DNA of 64,000 nucleotides from Centroscyllium fabricii (lineage: Eukaryota): the NCBI GenBank assembly GCA_051313645.2, contig JBNRSN020000010.1, positions 159,030,001 through 159,094,000 on the forward strand, in the 5' to 3' direction. Positions 36,421 to 48,850 of the stretch are shown piece after piece. The position numbers and the translations under genes are program-made. The notes under the pieces were generated by a model. The model did not search any database and was not told the origin of the DNA. It was given only the letters and a program-made list of their open reading frames with translations. The first letter of the stretch is position 1, and each line of letters begins with the position of its first letter.

Positions 36421-38447
36421 AGGATGGGAAACAAGGGAAAGATGAGAGAACCGTGGATCACGAAAGAGGTAGAACAATTAGTAAAAAAGAAGAAGGAGGC
36501 ATATGATAGAATGAGAAAGCAGAGAACAGCAGGGGCGGGAAGGGAGTACAAAGAAGCAAGGAAAAAACTGAAGAATGGGCTAAGGAAGGCAAAGGGAGGG
36601 CATGAGAAGGCATTAGCGGGAAGGATAAAGGAGAACCCTAAGGCTTTCTATGCTTACGTAAGTAATAAAAGGATGACTAGGATAAGAGTAGGGCCGATCA
36701 AAGACGGCAAGGGAGAAATGTGCACGGAGTCAGAGGAAATTGGGGAAGCACTAAATGAATATTTTGCGTCCGTGTTCACAAGGGAGAGGGAACTAAAAGT
36801 AGAGGAGGAGTTCAAGATACAAGGGGAAAGGATGGGGGAAGTAAATATTCAGATGGGGGAGGTATTAGATATTTTGGAGAAACTAAAGGTAGACAAATCT
36901 CCTGGGCCGGACGGGATATATCCAAGGATTCTCTGGGAAGCGAGGAACAAAATCGCAGAGCCACTGACCTCTATCTTTAGTTCCTCGCTATCCTCGGGGA
37001 TAGTCCCTAAGGACTGGAGAGAGGCGAATGTGGTTCCCATATTTAAAAAGGGGAGCAGGGACGTGCCAGGGAACTACAGACCAGTCAGCCTCACCTCGGT
37101 GGTCGGAAAGGTGATGGAAAGGGTCCTGAGGGACAGGATCTACGACCATCTAGAAAGGGGCAAATTAATCAGAAGCAGTCAGCACGGATTCGTCAAGGGC
37201 AAATCGTGCCTGACCAACCTGATAGAATTCTTTGAAGAGGTGACCAAGTGTGTGGACGAGGGAAAGGCGGTTGATGTCATATATATGGACTTCAGCAAGG
37301 CGTTCGACAAGGTCCCGCACGGTCGACTCATGAAGAAAGTAAGGAGTTGCGGGGTAAACAACGATGTGGTGGGATGGATTGAGAACTGTCTGGCTCAGAG
37401 GAAGCAGAGGGTAGTGGTAGAGGGCCAATACTCGGGTTGGAGACCGGTCACCAGTGGGGTACCACAGGGATCGGTGTTGGGGCCACTACTATTTGTAATC
37501 TTTATCAATGACTTGGAGGAGGGGACTGAGGGGTGGGTCGGCAAATTTGCGGATGACACAAAGATTGGGGGAGTAGTGGATGAGGAGGAAGGAAGTAGAA
37601 AGATTCAGAGGGATATAGATAGGATGCAGAGCTGGGCTGAAGAATGGCAAATGGAGTTCAACACGGGGAAATGCGAGGTGATGCACTTCGGTAGGGCAAA
37701 TAGGAAGAGGGAATAGAGGGTCAACGGCAGGGTCCTGAGTGAAGCAGAGGAGCAAAGGGATCTGGGAGTATATGTACACAGATCATTGAAGGCTGCCACC
37801 CAGGTGGACAAGGCAGTAAAAAAGGCCTATGGTGTACTGGCCTTCATCAACAGGGGAACAGAGTTTAAGAACCGGGAGGTCATGCTGCAGCTGTACAGGT
37901 CACTGGTGAGACCACACTTGGAGTACTGTGTGCAGTTCTGGGCACCGTACTACAGGAGAGATGTGGAGGCGCTGGAGAGGGTGCAGAGGAGATTCACCAG
38001 GATGATGCCGGGAATGGGGGGAAAGTCGTACGAGGAGAGGTTGAGGGAGCTGGGACTCTTCTCCCTGGAACGGAGAAGGAAGAGGGGGGACTTAATAGAG
38101 ATGTTTAAAATGATGAAGGGGATCGATAGAGTAAACGTGCAGAGACTGTTTCCTCGGGTGGGAAGAACGACAACAAGAGGGCACGAGCACAAGATTCAAG
38201 GAGGAAGATTCAGAAGGGATGGCAGGGGCAAGTTCTTTACGCAGAGAGTGGTCGGGGAATGGAATAGGCTACCATCTGAAATAGTGGATGTGGACAGTCT
38301 GGGTGCTTTTAAAAGGATGATAGACAGGTACATGGAGGGGAAGGAACAGTAGGGGGGACAGGAAAAATCAGAGACGGACTAAGCGCGGCACTACATTGAG
38401 GGCCCAAGGGCCTGTACAGTGCTGTATGTTCTATGTTCTATGTTCTA
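36421..38447 (+). mobile_element. Young 5'-truncated CR1 'B'; RT frame broken by a single stop at 37714-37716
   Basis: ORFs 36397-37716 and 37786-38352 are in the same frame. KFADD motif; (TGTTCTA)n tail. Confidence 0.94.
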
Positions 38448-40604
38448 TGATGTAGCATGTTCAGCCATGAACGTGTTGAATGGCAGTGCAGGCTCGAAGG
38501 GCCGAATAGCCTACTCCTGCACCTATTTTCTATGTATCTATGTAGATACCACTGGTAATCAGAAATTTGAGTTTCCAGTTATATTCTTTTACGTGTGGAA
38601 GATTAGCCAGTTAGGCCTAACGTTTGGCAAAAGCGGTTACACTCAAAAAATGAAAGCATGAAATCTGTTTTTCCTTCACTAACTATGAACAGATAATACA
38701 TATCTATAGGTTATGCCATTAATCTTTCAAGTGTTGCATATGCTTTCCAGTTTAAATACCTTCTGTCATGATGTGGAGACAATTTCTGTAGCTATGACAG
38801 AATATAAATTAAACCGTAGCCTACCACTGACATAGCTACATTAATAATGATTGGTGGTTCAAAGACGAGAGAACAAAAGTCAAATTTTATGCCACTGTTC
38901 TTGGAATAAACAATTAAAAAGCCTGTTTCTTAAAATGTATTTTTGCTTCAGCATCAGAATCCCATTCATATTCAATTAAAAAAAAACAAATTAAACACTT
39001 GAATCCAAATTGAACTGCATCCTGACTGATGAGATTTGTGGGACTGTTTTGAACTAGAAATGCTGATCAATATTTATTTTTAATGTGGAAAAAGCCAGCA
39101 TCGCATAACCGCAAAGCCCTGCTTTTGTTGTAAGTGATTTATTTTCTGTAGGTTTTCCTAAGTTAAGTCATTTTTGACCCTTTTTAAAATGTTTATTCTT
39201 TTACAAAATGTGCTTACTGAATTTGCCCCACTGATATGCCTGGTGCTGTGTACAGTGAAAATGTACCGTGTGCGCCACCTTCTGGTGACAGTGAGTGCGT
39301 TGCTCGAGGCTCCTCTTTGTAATTGATGTTGTATGAACAGCAAATTAGTAAAATATTGTGCTCAAAATTAATGTCTGTTTGTGCTGGTGTAACTTCCAAA
39401 GTAAATGAATGTTTACAGTGGTAATTATTACAGCACTGTATGAAAAAAAGATCTGACCAGTTACTGTAAGAATTTCAGTAAATGGCTAGTAGAGTCTTCT
39501 ATTTTTAAAGTCGATCTCCAAACCTTTGTTATCAGGTGTATCTCAGAAATTAGCTTGCTAATGTCACCGTGAATAGTCTTTCAGCTTGCTTTTAAAAGCA
39601 CAGTGATGTGTAGAGAATGTGGGCTGACAGAAAGGGTGGGCGTAAATGACTTTTCAACAGAGTCTTCGTCACAAAGTGTAATCTTCACCTCATCTGTTTT
39701 CAACTTTATGTTCCTCATGAAATCTCATTGTACTGGAACTATAATTATTAATTGTTGGTTGTAGATCAAGTACGATTGTAAAATGCACTGACGTGTTACT
39801 TTTTTAATGCAAGTACTTGGTATATGATCTCGTTCCACCTTAATGTGTTTGAAGTCATGTTGGGTGTTGTCCTTTTGATTGTGCAGTAGGCGATGATGGT
39901 TCGAGGGCAGCACAGATAGAAGCACAAATTATTAGTGTATAAAATGATCAACTGCTTTGGTGTATTTCACTGTCTCAAAGAACCGAACAAATTCAGTATT
40001 ACAATAAATTACTTTCTCAATCTGAGCCATTCTAATTGTGTCTCAATAACTGGATGTACACAAAATTCAGGCTCCGTTCCACCTTTTTGGGAGGGATGGG
40101 AGAAATTGGACTGCACCCCGTGTAAGTGGAATGACCTTATTCCCTGGGGAGAAAAGTAAAATTTATGCTGGTTTTAGAGGGAATAACACATTTGCAGCAG
40201 TAGTCAGGGCAAAAATCAGTAAACTGAATACTCCAAGCTCCAGAAATGGAAATGAAAATGGGGAGAGATGAACATGTGGTTGATCCGATATCCCCTGTTT
40301 TATCCTGTCGCCTAACACATAAAACGCCAAAGTTATCCCCACTGTGTTCACTTTCAAAATCACCTCAAACGTTGACAGTTCAAGCTGTACTTTGCTTTTG
40401 TAGAAATAAGTTACTTTGATTGTTCCTAAAATGGCTTCCCTGGTGGTTTTCCTATCAATTCATAGAAGTGCTAGAAGGGTTGGAGAATACTAACAGCAGG
40501 TCCAGCAAAGGCATTCTCCGCTGGCCCTGAAGAAAGCTGCCCGCAAACTTTGTGGCGAGAAGTTTGCCATTTTCGACACGCAGATGATGTCAGTGCAATA
40601 TATG

Positions 40605-41412
40605 GGGCCAGATTTTCCTCTGCTCCAGAGGAGCTGCACACGCACGGAGGGAGGTCCGAAATGCTCCGTGGGTGTGCAGCACGGGGGATGCCCATGAACG
40701 GGAATTTCCTCTGCTGAGGGAGAAGGGCCCTCAGCATTAAACGCAGGAGTGAGTTGCACCCAGAATTTGCAATCCAAAAGGGTGATTTTTGGAGAGTGAT
40801 TCTGTGGGCAACTGGCCCACAAGCTGCACCCAAGAAAACCAGTAGTAAACTCGTGCGTGAGGGACAAGATTTAGTTACTAAAGCAGGTAAGTTAATTTTT
40901 TAACTTTAATTTTAATTTTTTACAGTTTTTGGGAGTAATGTGGCCAGATCGGTAGCGTTAAATTTTTAAGTTAAAGTTTTTAAAAAAAATTTACAAATCC
41001 GATTTTAAGTTCATTTACCTGTTTCAAATCGCTAATTTTTAAAGTTAAATTTCTGAAATTTTTAACTATCTAGCTATTAAAAAATCTAAGAGGAAAAAAT
41101 GGCAGACTTACCTTGCGTTTCTTCCTCTGAGAAGCTGCTCTGCCCGTGCTGCTCCCCGCCAAGTCTGTGAGTGCAGCTCCGCACTTCCCTGCTCTCACAA
41201 AGGTCTGACTCGGGATCTGTGCGCATTTTAAAATTTAAATTAGTGATCTGTGGGCGGGGCATACACTGCGCATCTAGCGTGGCTGGACTGCCACGCAGCG
41301 CAGGAATGGGGAGGAAAGTCAGGGAGCAACGTCTGTGCGATGTTGGTGCGTGCGATAGGTGTCCGCAGGGTCCTAGCGCACGCACTAACCTGCACAGAGG
41401 AAAACCTGGCCC
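40605..41412. mobile_element. Harbinger/Tourist-like MITE with 3-bp TSD ATG
   Basis: TIRs GGGCCAGATTTTCCTCTG / CAGAGGAAAACCTGGCCC; ATG at 40602-40604 and 41413-41415. Confidence 0.78.
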
Positions 41413-41559
41413 ATGACTTCAGGATTTCCATGTTTAGGTGTGCATGTGCTACATCTTGAAGTTGCAGTCAATTTCAATGGGGTAATAACTGTGAACGCTG
41501 TTGGTTCGCTGTAATTGCCCACTGCAAATTCTGGGCCAAACAATTCTGCGAGTTATAGA

Positions 41560-42475
41560 TGATGATGTGGAGGTGCCGGTGTTGGACTGGGGTGGACAAA
41601 TGCTAGAAGTCACACAACACCAGGTTATAGTCCAACAGTTTTATTTTAAATCACAAGCTTTCGGAGCGCTGCTCCTTCCTCAGGCGAAAGAGAGACTGAT
41701 TTAAAGAATGCACATATGGAAGGGAGAGAGAAATCTGATCTCCTACATCTCACCTTAGCAGAGACAGAGCACACAAAGGCGTATTAACATATTTTAACAT
41801 ATCAGTCTGAGATCAATGATCTTTGGCTTTTTCTGCGATTTTCAGTAAGAAAAATCCTTTTATTAAAAATCATTCTGTGGGATTTTCACAGGCAGCAGAC
41901 TGTAACATTTGACCCTTTGTGACTGCACCCTTTGATCTCAGGCTGACTGATATGTTAGAACACCTTTGATTGCTTTGATGTCTCTCAGCTGAGGTGTGAT
42001 GTGAAACAGTTGGAGAGACCACATTGTTCTCTCTCTCTATATATATATATATATATGCTATGTTTAAATGAATCTCGTCACTTGACCTGAGGAAGGAGCA
42101 GTGCTCTGAAAGCTTGTGATTTCAAATAAAACTGTTGGACTATAACCTGGTGTTGTGTGACTTCTTACAATTGAGATCAATGAGGCACAGTCACAAGGGG
42201 TCAATTTTTCAAAAATCATTCTGTGTGTTTTGTAGCATTTGACCCCTTGTGACTGTGCCTCATTGATCTCAGACTGATATGTTAAAATATGTTAATACGC
42301 CTTTGTGTGCTCTGTCTCTGCTAAGGTGAGATGTGGGAGATCAGATTTCTCTCTCCCTTCCATATGTGCGTTCTTTAAATCAGCCTCTCTTTCGCCTGAT
42401 GAAGGGGCAGACGCTCCAAAAGCTTGTGATTTAAAATAAAACTGTTGGACTATAACCTAGTGTTGTGTGACTTCT
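41560..42475. mobile_element. Non-coding Penelope-derived fold-back insertion with three hammerhead-like motifs and a 13-bp TSD
   Basis: TGCGAGTTATAGA at 41547-41559 and 42476-42488. ~215-bp inverted arms at 41605-41819 and 42261-42475. Motifs at 41651-41688 (-), 42084-42119 (+) and 42392-42429 (+). Confidence 0.8.
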
Positions 42476-42885
42476 TGCGAGTTATAGACACATGGATGCC
42501 GAGAACTGAAGTCTACTTTGTTGAGTCCTTTCGCTCCGAGTAATGTTTCGGAACGTTTTGAGCTTGATTCGTGTTTCTCAGACATGCATGTCTCCAATGG
42601 AAAATGTTTCAACCAAAAAATTCTATTGTATAGTTAAGCCTCTTGCAAATGTTTTATATTTTTATTTTGTTACAAACCTTATTTCTGGTTGTAACTTCTT
42701 AATCCAGTGAAGAGCCCAAGATGGCAGCTGAAAATGGTTTTTGAAAACTATATCTTGAGTGATTTTAATTGGTTTGCTTTTGTTATTGCCAACTTTTGCT
42801 GCCTGCTGATTCTGGATTGGTTGTTTTCCTATGTACTTATTTTTTCATTGAAAGTTCATCTGCCTGCTTCTTACATTTGTTTGTA

Positions 42886-43103
42886 ACATTTTCTATTTCT
42901 ACAGTTGCAATCCATCATTGGTTTAAATTATATTCATAAAGCAATCAGATACAAGTGTGAAGCAAAATCTCCACATGGATAAGGTTGACCCCCCCAATCA
43001 CTGTACTTGGGGGTCAACATTATCTGTGTGGAGATTTTGCTTCACACTTGCATCTGATTGCTTTATTGCAATGATGGATTGTAACTGTAGAAATAGAAAA
43101 TGT
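42886..43103. repeat. Long imperfect palindrome (probable fold-back MITE)
   Basis: ACATTTTCTATTTCTACAGTT...GTTGACCCCC, short loop, GGGGGTCAAC...AACTGTAGAAATAGAAAATGT. Confidence 0.85.
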
Positions 43104-43711
43104 GTATGTATCTATTGATGTCAATGGGAATAAAAATCGTGAGGGATGTTAAACGGGCGGCAATTCGCCATCACTCATTTAACACTATTGCACAATGTCA
43201 AAATTAGCCCCAGTATCTTGTGGTAAAGCATTATATACTAAAGTCTTGGCAAAGAAGAGACTAAATTCATTGCATGATCTTGAATGTTATTCCGTTTGCA
43301 AAGCGCTGACAATTTTTCACTACATATAGCGGATGATTAATTGATACTCATCTTGTAACACCACTACCCTTGTAGCAGATGATATACTTCAACAGATTTG
43401 ATGCTGATGTAGTGTGTGTGGTAAAAATTTCATCAGCGATGCCTTCCAGATACAATTAAATTAATGGTGCTACTTGAAAAACAACAATCTCCTTAATGCA
43501 TGTAGCCCTGTCGATAAATGGAAAATGTTCATCTTGATGTATTCAGTGTTCAGGAATTTCAATACTTGGCGCTGTCCATTGATGTGCAGGGCTCTTGCCC
43601 TTGAAGCTGCAGAAATCACCTCCACTTGTGTTTTTTTCCCAATATTTGAAACCAGTAAACTATATTTTTTGTTCCCTGTGTGATACTGTATGAATTCAAC
43701 TTGGTGTGAAG

Positions 43712-43943
43712 CAACGTTCCCTCTAATATCTAATGGTCTATGTGCGCAAAAATGTTACGCTGTGAAAATTTGCCCCAGTGTCAAAAAGTATGTGTGCACT
43801 GAATTCTTGAGCGCATGTAAACGTGAAATTATTAAGATAATTTTGGCGTATATCTCAATTTTTTGTGCGCAGTTTAATTTACATTGTGCGCTGGTTGCAT
43901 AACATGTGTGCGCGCACACACGCACAGCTTAGAGGGAACATTG
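43712..43943. mobile_element. hAT-type MITE (232 bp) with 8-bp TSD
   Basis: TIRs CAACGTTCCCTCTAA / TTAGAGGGAACATTG; GTGTGAAG at 43704-43711 and 43944-43951. Confidence 0.9.
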
Positions 43944-43971
43944 GTGTGAAGTTACTTTGGTATAGACAGAG

Positions 43972-44226
43972 TGAGATGCCTCAAATCAAAGACGGCAGCG
44001 AGTTCTTAAACAAGTGGCTTTTATTCACAAGGAACTGAACCGAGTCCCCGATGAGCCTGCGCGGAATGAGAGATAAGTGGGCGGAGCATTCTCCATTATA
44101 CTAGTACCCAGAGGCGGGGTCAGCCGGTACAGGTCCTTACAGAAAGGTACAGATATTAACAAACACATTAAACAAAACTATATACAATAACCGTACAGTG
44201 TGAATCACACCAAAAGGTTCATCACA
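43972..44226 (-). mobile_element. Solo LTR (255 bp), 5-bp TSD CAGAG, family-F-like
   Basis: TG...CA termini; CAGAG at 43967-43971 and 44227-44231; minus-strand AATAAAAGCC. Confidence 0.85.
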
Positions 44227-44906
44227 CAGAGTGATACTAAAAAGACCCTGAACCTATCCCTGGCCTTTGCATTGGAAGAAGTCCAAGTATAGCATAGCTC
44301 TTTTGAAATCTTTTCGCTTGTGAGCTTCTATCTATCAACAGAGGGAATTATTGCTGGCGTTGCTCCCAACCACTGCTTACAATGGTGCATGCTCATTCAA
44401 ATGCTCCTTCCTCTTGTGCTTGACCAAATAAATGCTTGTGACAGGAACATGTAGCAATACTGCCTGAGTAAGGGCTGTGATTATATTGTGCTAGGAGTTT
44501 GACATCGATAGTTATAGAATTCATTCATGGACAGTGACTCCTGTTTTGCAATCACAGGCTAAATTTGCCCTTGCTTAATCTGGCACAGTGGAAGCTATCA
44601 CGTTGTTCAGTACACTTTACAGTCAAGGTGTGTTTTAACTCTTTCCACAGACTACAAGCAGAAGACCAAATCAGTTACTTTTATGTCCTCCTGCAACATT
44701 TTTGTTTCTAACCCACCCATGCAAGATTTTGAAGTAAAAGTTCAACTTGCCTGGATTTGCCATTGATCTTTATATTCCCTGTTTAGGATTGAAATTGCAC
44801 TGCTGGCAATTTTAAAAATTAATTTTAAATCATTTGCAGCAATTTTTAGCTCTCCAGATTGACCCTCTGTTTTCCCGTTTGACCCTCTGTTCGCCCTCAC
44901 CAACCC

Positions 44907-45612
44907 ATAGATAGAAACATAGATCGGAGCAGGAGGAGGCCATTCGGCCCCTCGAGCCTGCTCCACCATTCAATGAGATCATGGCTGATCATCCAAACTC
45001 AGTACCCTGTCCCTGCTTTCTCTCCATATCCCTTGATCCCTTTAGCCTTAAGAAATATATCTAACTCCTTCTTGAATATATTTAATGAATTGGCCTCTAC
45101 GGCCTTCTGTGGTAGAGAATTCCACAGGTTTACCACTCTCTGGGTTAAGAAATTCCTCCTCATCTCTGTCCTAAATGGCTTACCCCTTATCCTTAGACTG
45201 TGACCCCTGGTTCTGGACTCCCTGGCCATCGGGAACATCCTTACTGCATCTAGTCCTTTTAGAACTTTATAAGTTTCAGTGAGATCCCCTCTCATTCTTC
45301 TAAACTCCAGTGAGTATAAGCCCAATCAATCCAACCTCTCCTCGTACATCATTCCTGCCATCCCAGGTATCAGTCTGGTGAATCTTCGCTGCACTCCCTC
45401 CATGGCAAGAACATCCTTGCTTAGATAAGGCGACTAAAACTGCACACAGTACTCAAGGTGTGGTCTACTACTGCAGCAAGACATCCTTGTTCCTGTACTT
45501 GAATCCTCTCGCTCCGAAGGCCAACAAACCATTTGCCTTCTTAACCGCCTGCTGCACCTGCATGCTTACCTTCAGTGACTGGTGCACAAGGACACCCAGG
45601 TCTCGTCACCCA
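44907..45612 (-). mobile_element. CR1 3' fragment
   Basis: LYSLEFRRMRGDL...TRGHSL...TQRVVNLWNSLP plus a CR1 tail. Confidence 0.9.
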
Positions 45613-45910
45613 TCCCCTGTACAGATTTCGAGAGAGAGCTAATTACACGCTGTGTGAGAGGTTGATGGTGCTGGTAACAATGAGGATCTGTCATTCTAGA
45701 GCCCCCCGCTGGTGGCAGTGAAACAGATGAGTCTTCGAGGAACAGATGATTGTGTTGCAAAAACCTTGAATGCTGGTTTCATGTGTACATGTTTCATGTC
45801 CCAGTGGATGAAGTGAAATATATTTGCTGTTTCCAGAATCACTTGTGCAAATTGGTACATAGATTAAGTAGTCCAACATAAGGAGGAGTGAGACTAATTG
45901 GCTAGCTTTC

Positions 45911-46195
45911 AAAAAGACTTGCATCAATATAGCCCCTTTCAGGACATCCCTAAGTGCTTTACAGCCCAATTGCAGTCACTGTTGTAATGTAGGAAAAGGG
46001 CAGCTAATTTGGGCACAGCAAGGTCCTACAAAAAGTACGTTAATAATGACTAGATGTTTTAGTGACTTTGGGTTAAGGGATGCATATTGGCCAAGACAAT
46101 GGGGCACACTCCCCTGCTCTTCTTCGAAATAGTGTCATGGATCTTTTATGCTCACCTGAGAGGGAAGACGGAGCCTCGGTTTTGACATCTCGTCA
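45911..46195 (-). mobile_element. Decayed SacSINE1/DeuSINE-like SINE (a tail fragment also occurs at ~16545-16595)
   Basis: Minus strand CACTATTTCGAAGAAGAGCAGGGGAGT...TGTAAAGCACTT...ATGCAAGTCTTT resembles, from memory, the Deu domain and L2-type tail. Confidence 0.65.
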
Positions 46196-48850
46196 GAGCC
46201 AGCACTGGCACGATGGGCTGCTTGGCCTCCTTCTGTGCTGGAAGATTTTATGATCACATGATACCTGACGTATCGTCAATTTGTCTTAATAAAAGACTAG
46301 ACGAGTAGTTACCGTAACTATAGGCTTTTATTAACTTACTTTGGAGCTACCCTCCGAACGAACATCAGAACAGAATGAGGGAGCCCCGGTCAGTCCTCAC
46401 CTATAAGGGCCTCACCTGGGGGAGGAGTTAGAGGTGTGGCTGACCTGGCTCCACGACAGTGTTACAGAGCGGTGTATCATACAAAGCCAATGTTGGCGAC
46501 AATATTACAGTGGTAATCGTACATACAATATGGGTTACCACATTCACCCCTTCTTGAAAATTTTAAGTCCGGCGGGGTGAATGGACAGAGCAGTTCAATA
46601 TGAGCTTGTCCGGCGGTCGTGTCAGCCTGGAGGACCGCCGGGGCTCCGATAAAGGTTCCTCGTGTTCCGTACTGCTCGAGTCCGGTGGTGGTGACAGCGA
46701 CTCTGGTGCCGTGATTTCAGATGCTGGTGGTCTCAATTGGTCCGAGCCATCAGAATGGTGGTCTTGGGCTGGCCGTGGCTGGGGCTCTGGAAACCTCGGA
46801 GGCCATCGTAGATGTAGAGGGTGTTCTAAATACTGTGGCTGGGCGGGCTGCTGCCCGACCAGGGGCTCTGCTGTGGTGCTCCCGGCAGGTGCCAGGTCCC
46901 TGATGGATACGGTGTCCTCGTGCCCGTCCGGGAACTGCACGAAGGCATATTGCGGGTTCGCATGCAGGAGCTGCACCTTGTCCACCAGGGGGTCGGTCTT
47001 GTGGCCACGGACGTGTCTCTTAAGGAAGACCGGCCCCGGTGTCGTGAGCCATGGAGGAAGAGCTGTCCCTGAAGTCGACTTCCTGGGGAAGGAAAAAATC
47101 AAGTCATGAGGGGTGGCATTAGTGGCCGTACACAGGAGAGAGCATATTGAATGCAGTGCATCTGGGAGGACTGCCTGCCAATGGGCCACTGGAAGGCCTC
47201 TGGACTTCAGGGCCAGGGTGACCGCCTTCCAGATGATCCCATTCTCCCTTTCTACCTGGCCGTTCCCCCGGGGGTTATAACTGGTCGTTCTGCTCGTGAC
47301 AACCCCTTTCTGGAGCAGAAACTGACACAGTTCATCGCTCATGAACGATGACCCCCGGTCGCTATGGATGTAGCTGGGGAGACCGAAAATGGCGAACAGC
47401 GTGGTAAAGTGTTTTATCACCGTTGCGCTCATCATATCTGCGCAGGGGAAGGCGAAGGGGAAGCGGGAGAACTCATCTACGACCGTGAGGAAGTATGAGT
47501 TGCGGTCGGTGGTGGGGAGGGGGCCTTTGAAGTCCACGCTTAGACGTTCAAAGGGGCGGGTGGCCTTAATTAGGTGCACCGTGTCTGGCCGGAAAAATTG
47601 GGGTTTGCACTCGGCGCAAACAGGGCACTCTCGGGTCATAGCCTTGATCTCCGTGATGGAGTAGGGGAGGCTACGGGATCTAACAAAGTGGGCGAGTCTG
47701 GTGACACCCGGGTGGCAAAGGCGGTCGTGGAGGTCCTTCAGCCGGTCTAGCTGGGCACTGGCGCACGTTCCCCTGGACAGTGCGTCCGGGGGTTCATTGA
47801 GTTTGCCTGGTCGGTAAAGAATGTCGTACTCGTAAGTCGAGAGTTCGATCTGCCACCGCAGGATCTTATCATTCTTGATCTTACCCTTCTGTTTATTATT
47901 AAACATAAACGTGACCGACCACTGGTCGGTGAGAAGGGTAAAACGCTTACCGGCCATGTAATGACGCCAGTAGCGCATGGCCTCCACGATGGCCTGGGCC
48001 TCCTTTTCCACAGCAGAGTGGCGAGTTTTGGGTCCCTGTAGGGTGCGGGAGAAAAACGCTACGGGCCTGCCTGCCTTATTCAGGGTGGCAGCAAGGGCAT
48101 TGTCCGAAGCGTCACTCTCCACCTGGAAGGGAATGGATTCATCAACAGCGAGCATGGTCGCCTTGATGATGTCTTCCTTTATCCGGGCGAATGCCGTTTG
48201 GGCTTCTACCGAGAGGGGGAAGACGGCAGCCTTGAGGAGTGGTCTAGCCTTGTCCGCGAACTGTGGGACCCATTGTGCGTAGTAGGAGAAAAATCCTAGG
48301 CATCTCCTCAAGGCTTTGGGGTTGTGAGGTAGGGGCAGTTCTTGTAGGGGGCGCATACGCTGTGGGTCGGGGCCGAGGACCCCGTTCTCCACCACGTATC
48401 CGAGGATGGCGTGCCGGTCTGTATTAAAGACACATTTGTCCTTGCTATACGTAAGGTCCAGCTTATCCGCCGTGTCAAGGAATTTGGCCAGATGGGCATC
48501 GTGGTCCTGCTGGTCATGGCTGCAGATGGTCACGTTGTCCAGGTAAGGGAAAGTGGCCCGCAACTCGTTCTGGTCAACCATGCGGTCCATCTCCCGTTGG
48601 AACACTGACACTCCGTTGGTCACGCCGAAGGGGACCCGGAGGAAGTGGTAGAGCCGACCGTTCGGCTAGAAGTGGGTGTACGGGCGGTCGGCTTTCCGGA
48701 TCGGGATTTGGTGATACGCCGACTTAAGGTCGATCGTGGAGAACACCTTATATTGGGCGATCTGATTGACCATGTCCGAGATGTGGGGGAGGGGGTAGGC
48801 GTCGAGCCCGGTGTAGCGGTTGATAGTCTGGCTGTAATCGATAACCAGCC

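Larger units (their letters stand above)
33125..38542 (+). mobile_element. CR1 LINE ('A'), fragments 33125-34160, 35108-36420 and 38448-38542
   Basis: Endonuclease C-terminus (PTRGEAILD, SDH), then KSPGPDG, QHGF, AFDKVPH and KFADD. The reading resumes exactly across the LTR insertion (EWRV|ANVTP). Confidence 0.92.

Noticed and set aside
43320-43683. Coding remnant or exon
   Set aside because: No recognisable motif or convincing splice-site pair; cannot be supported by eye.
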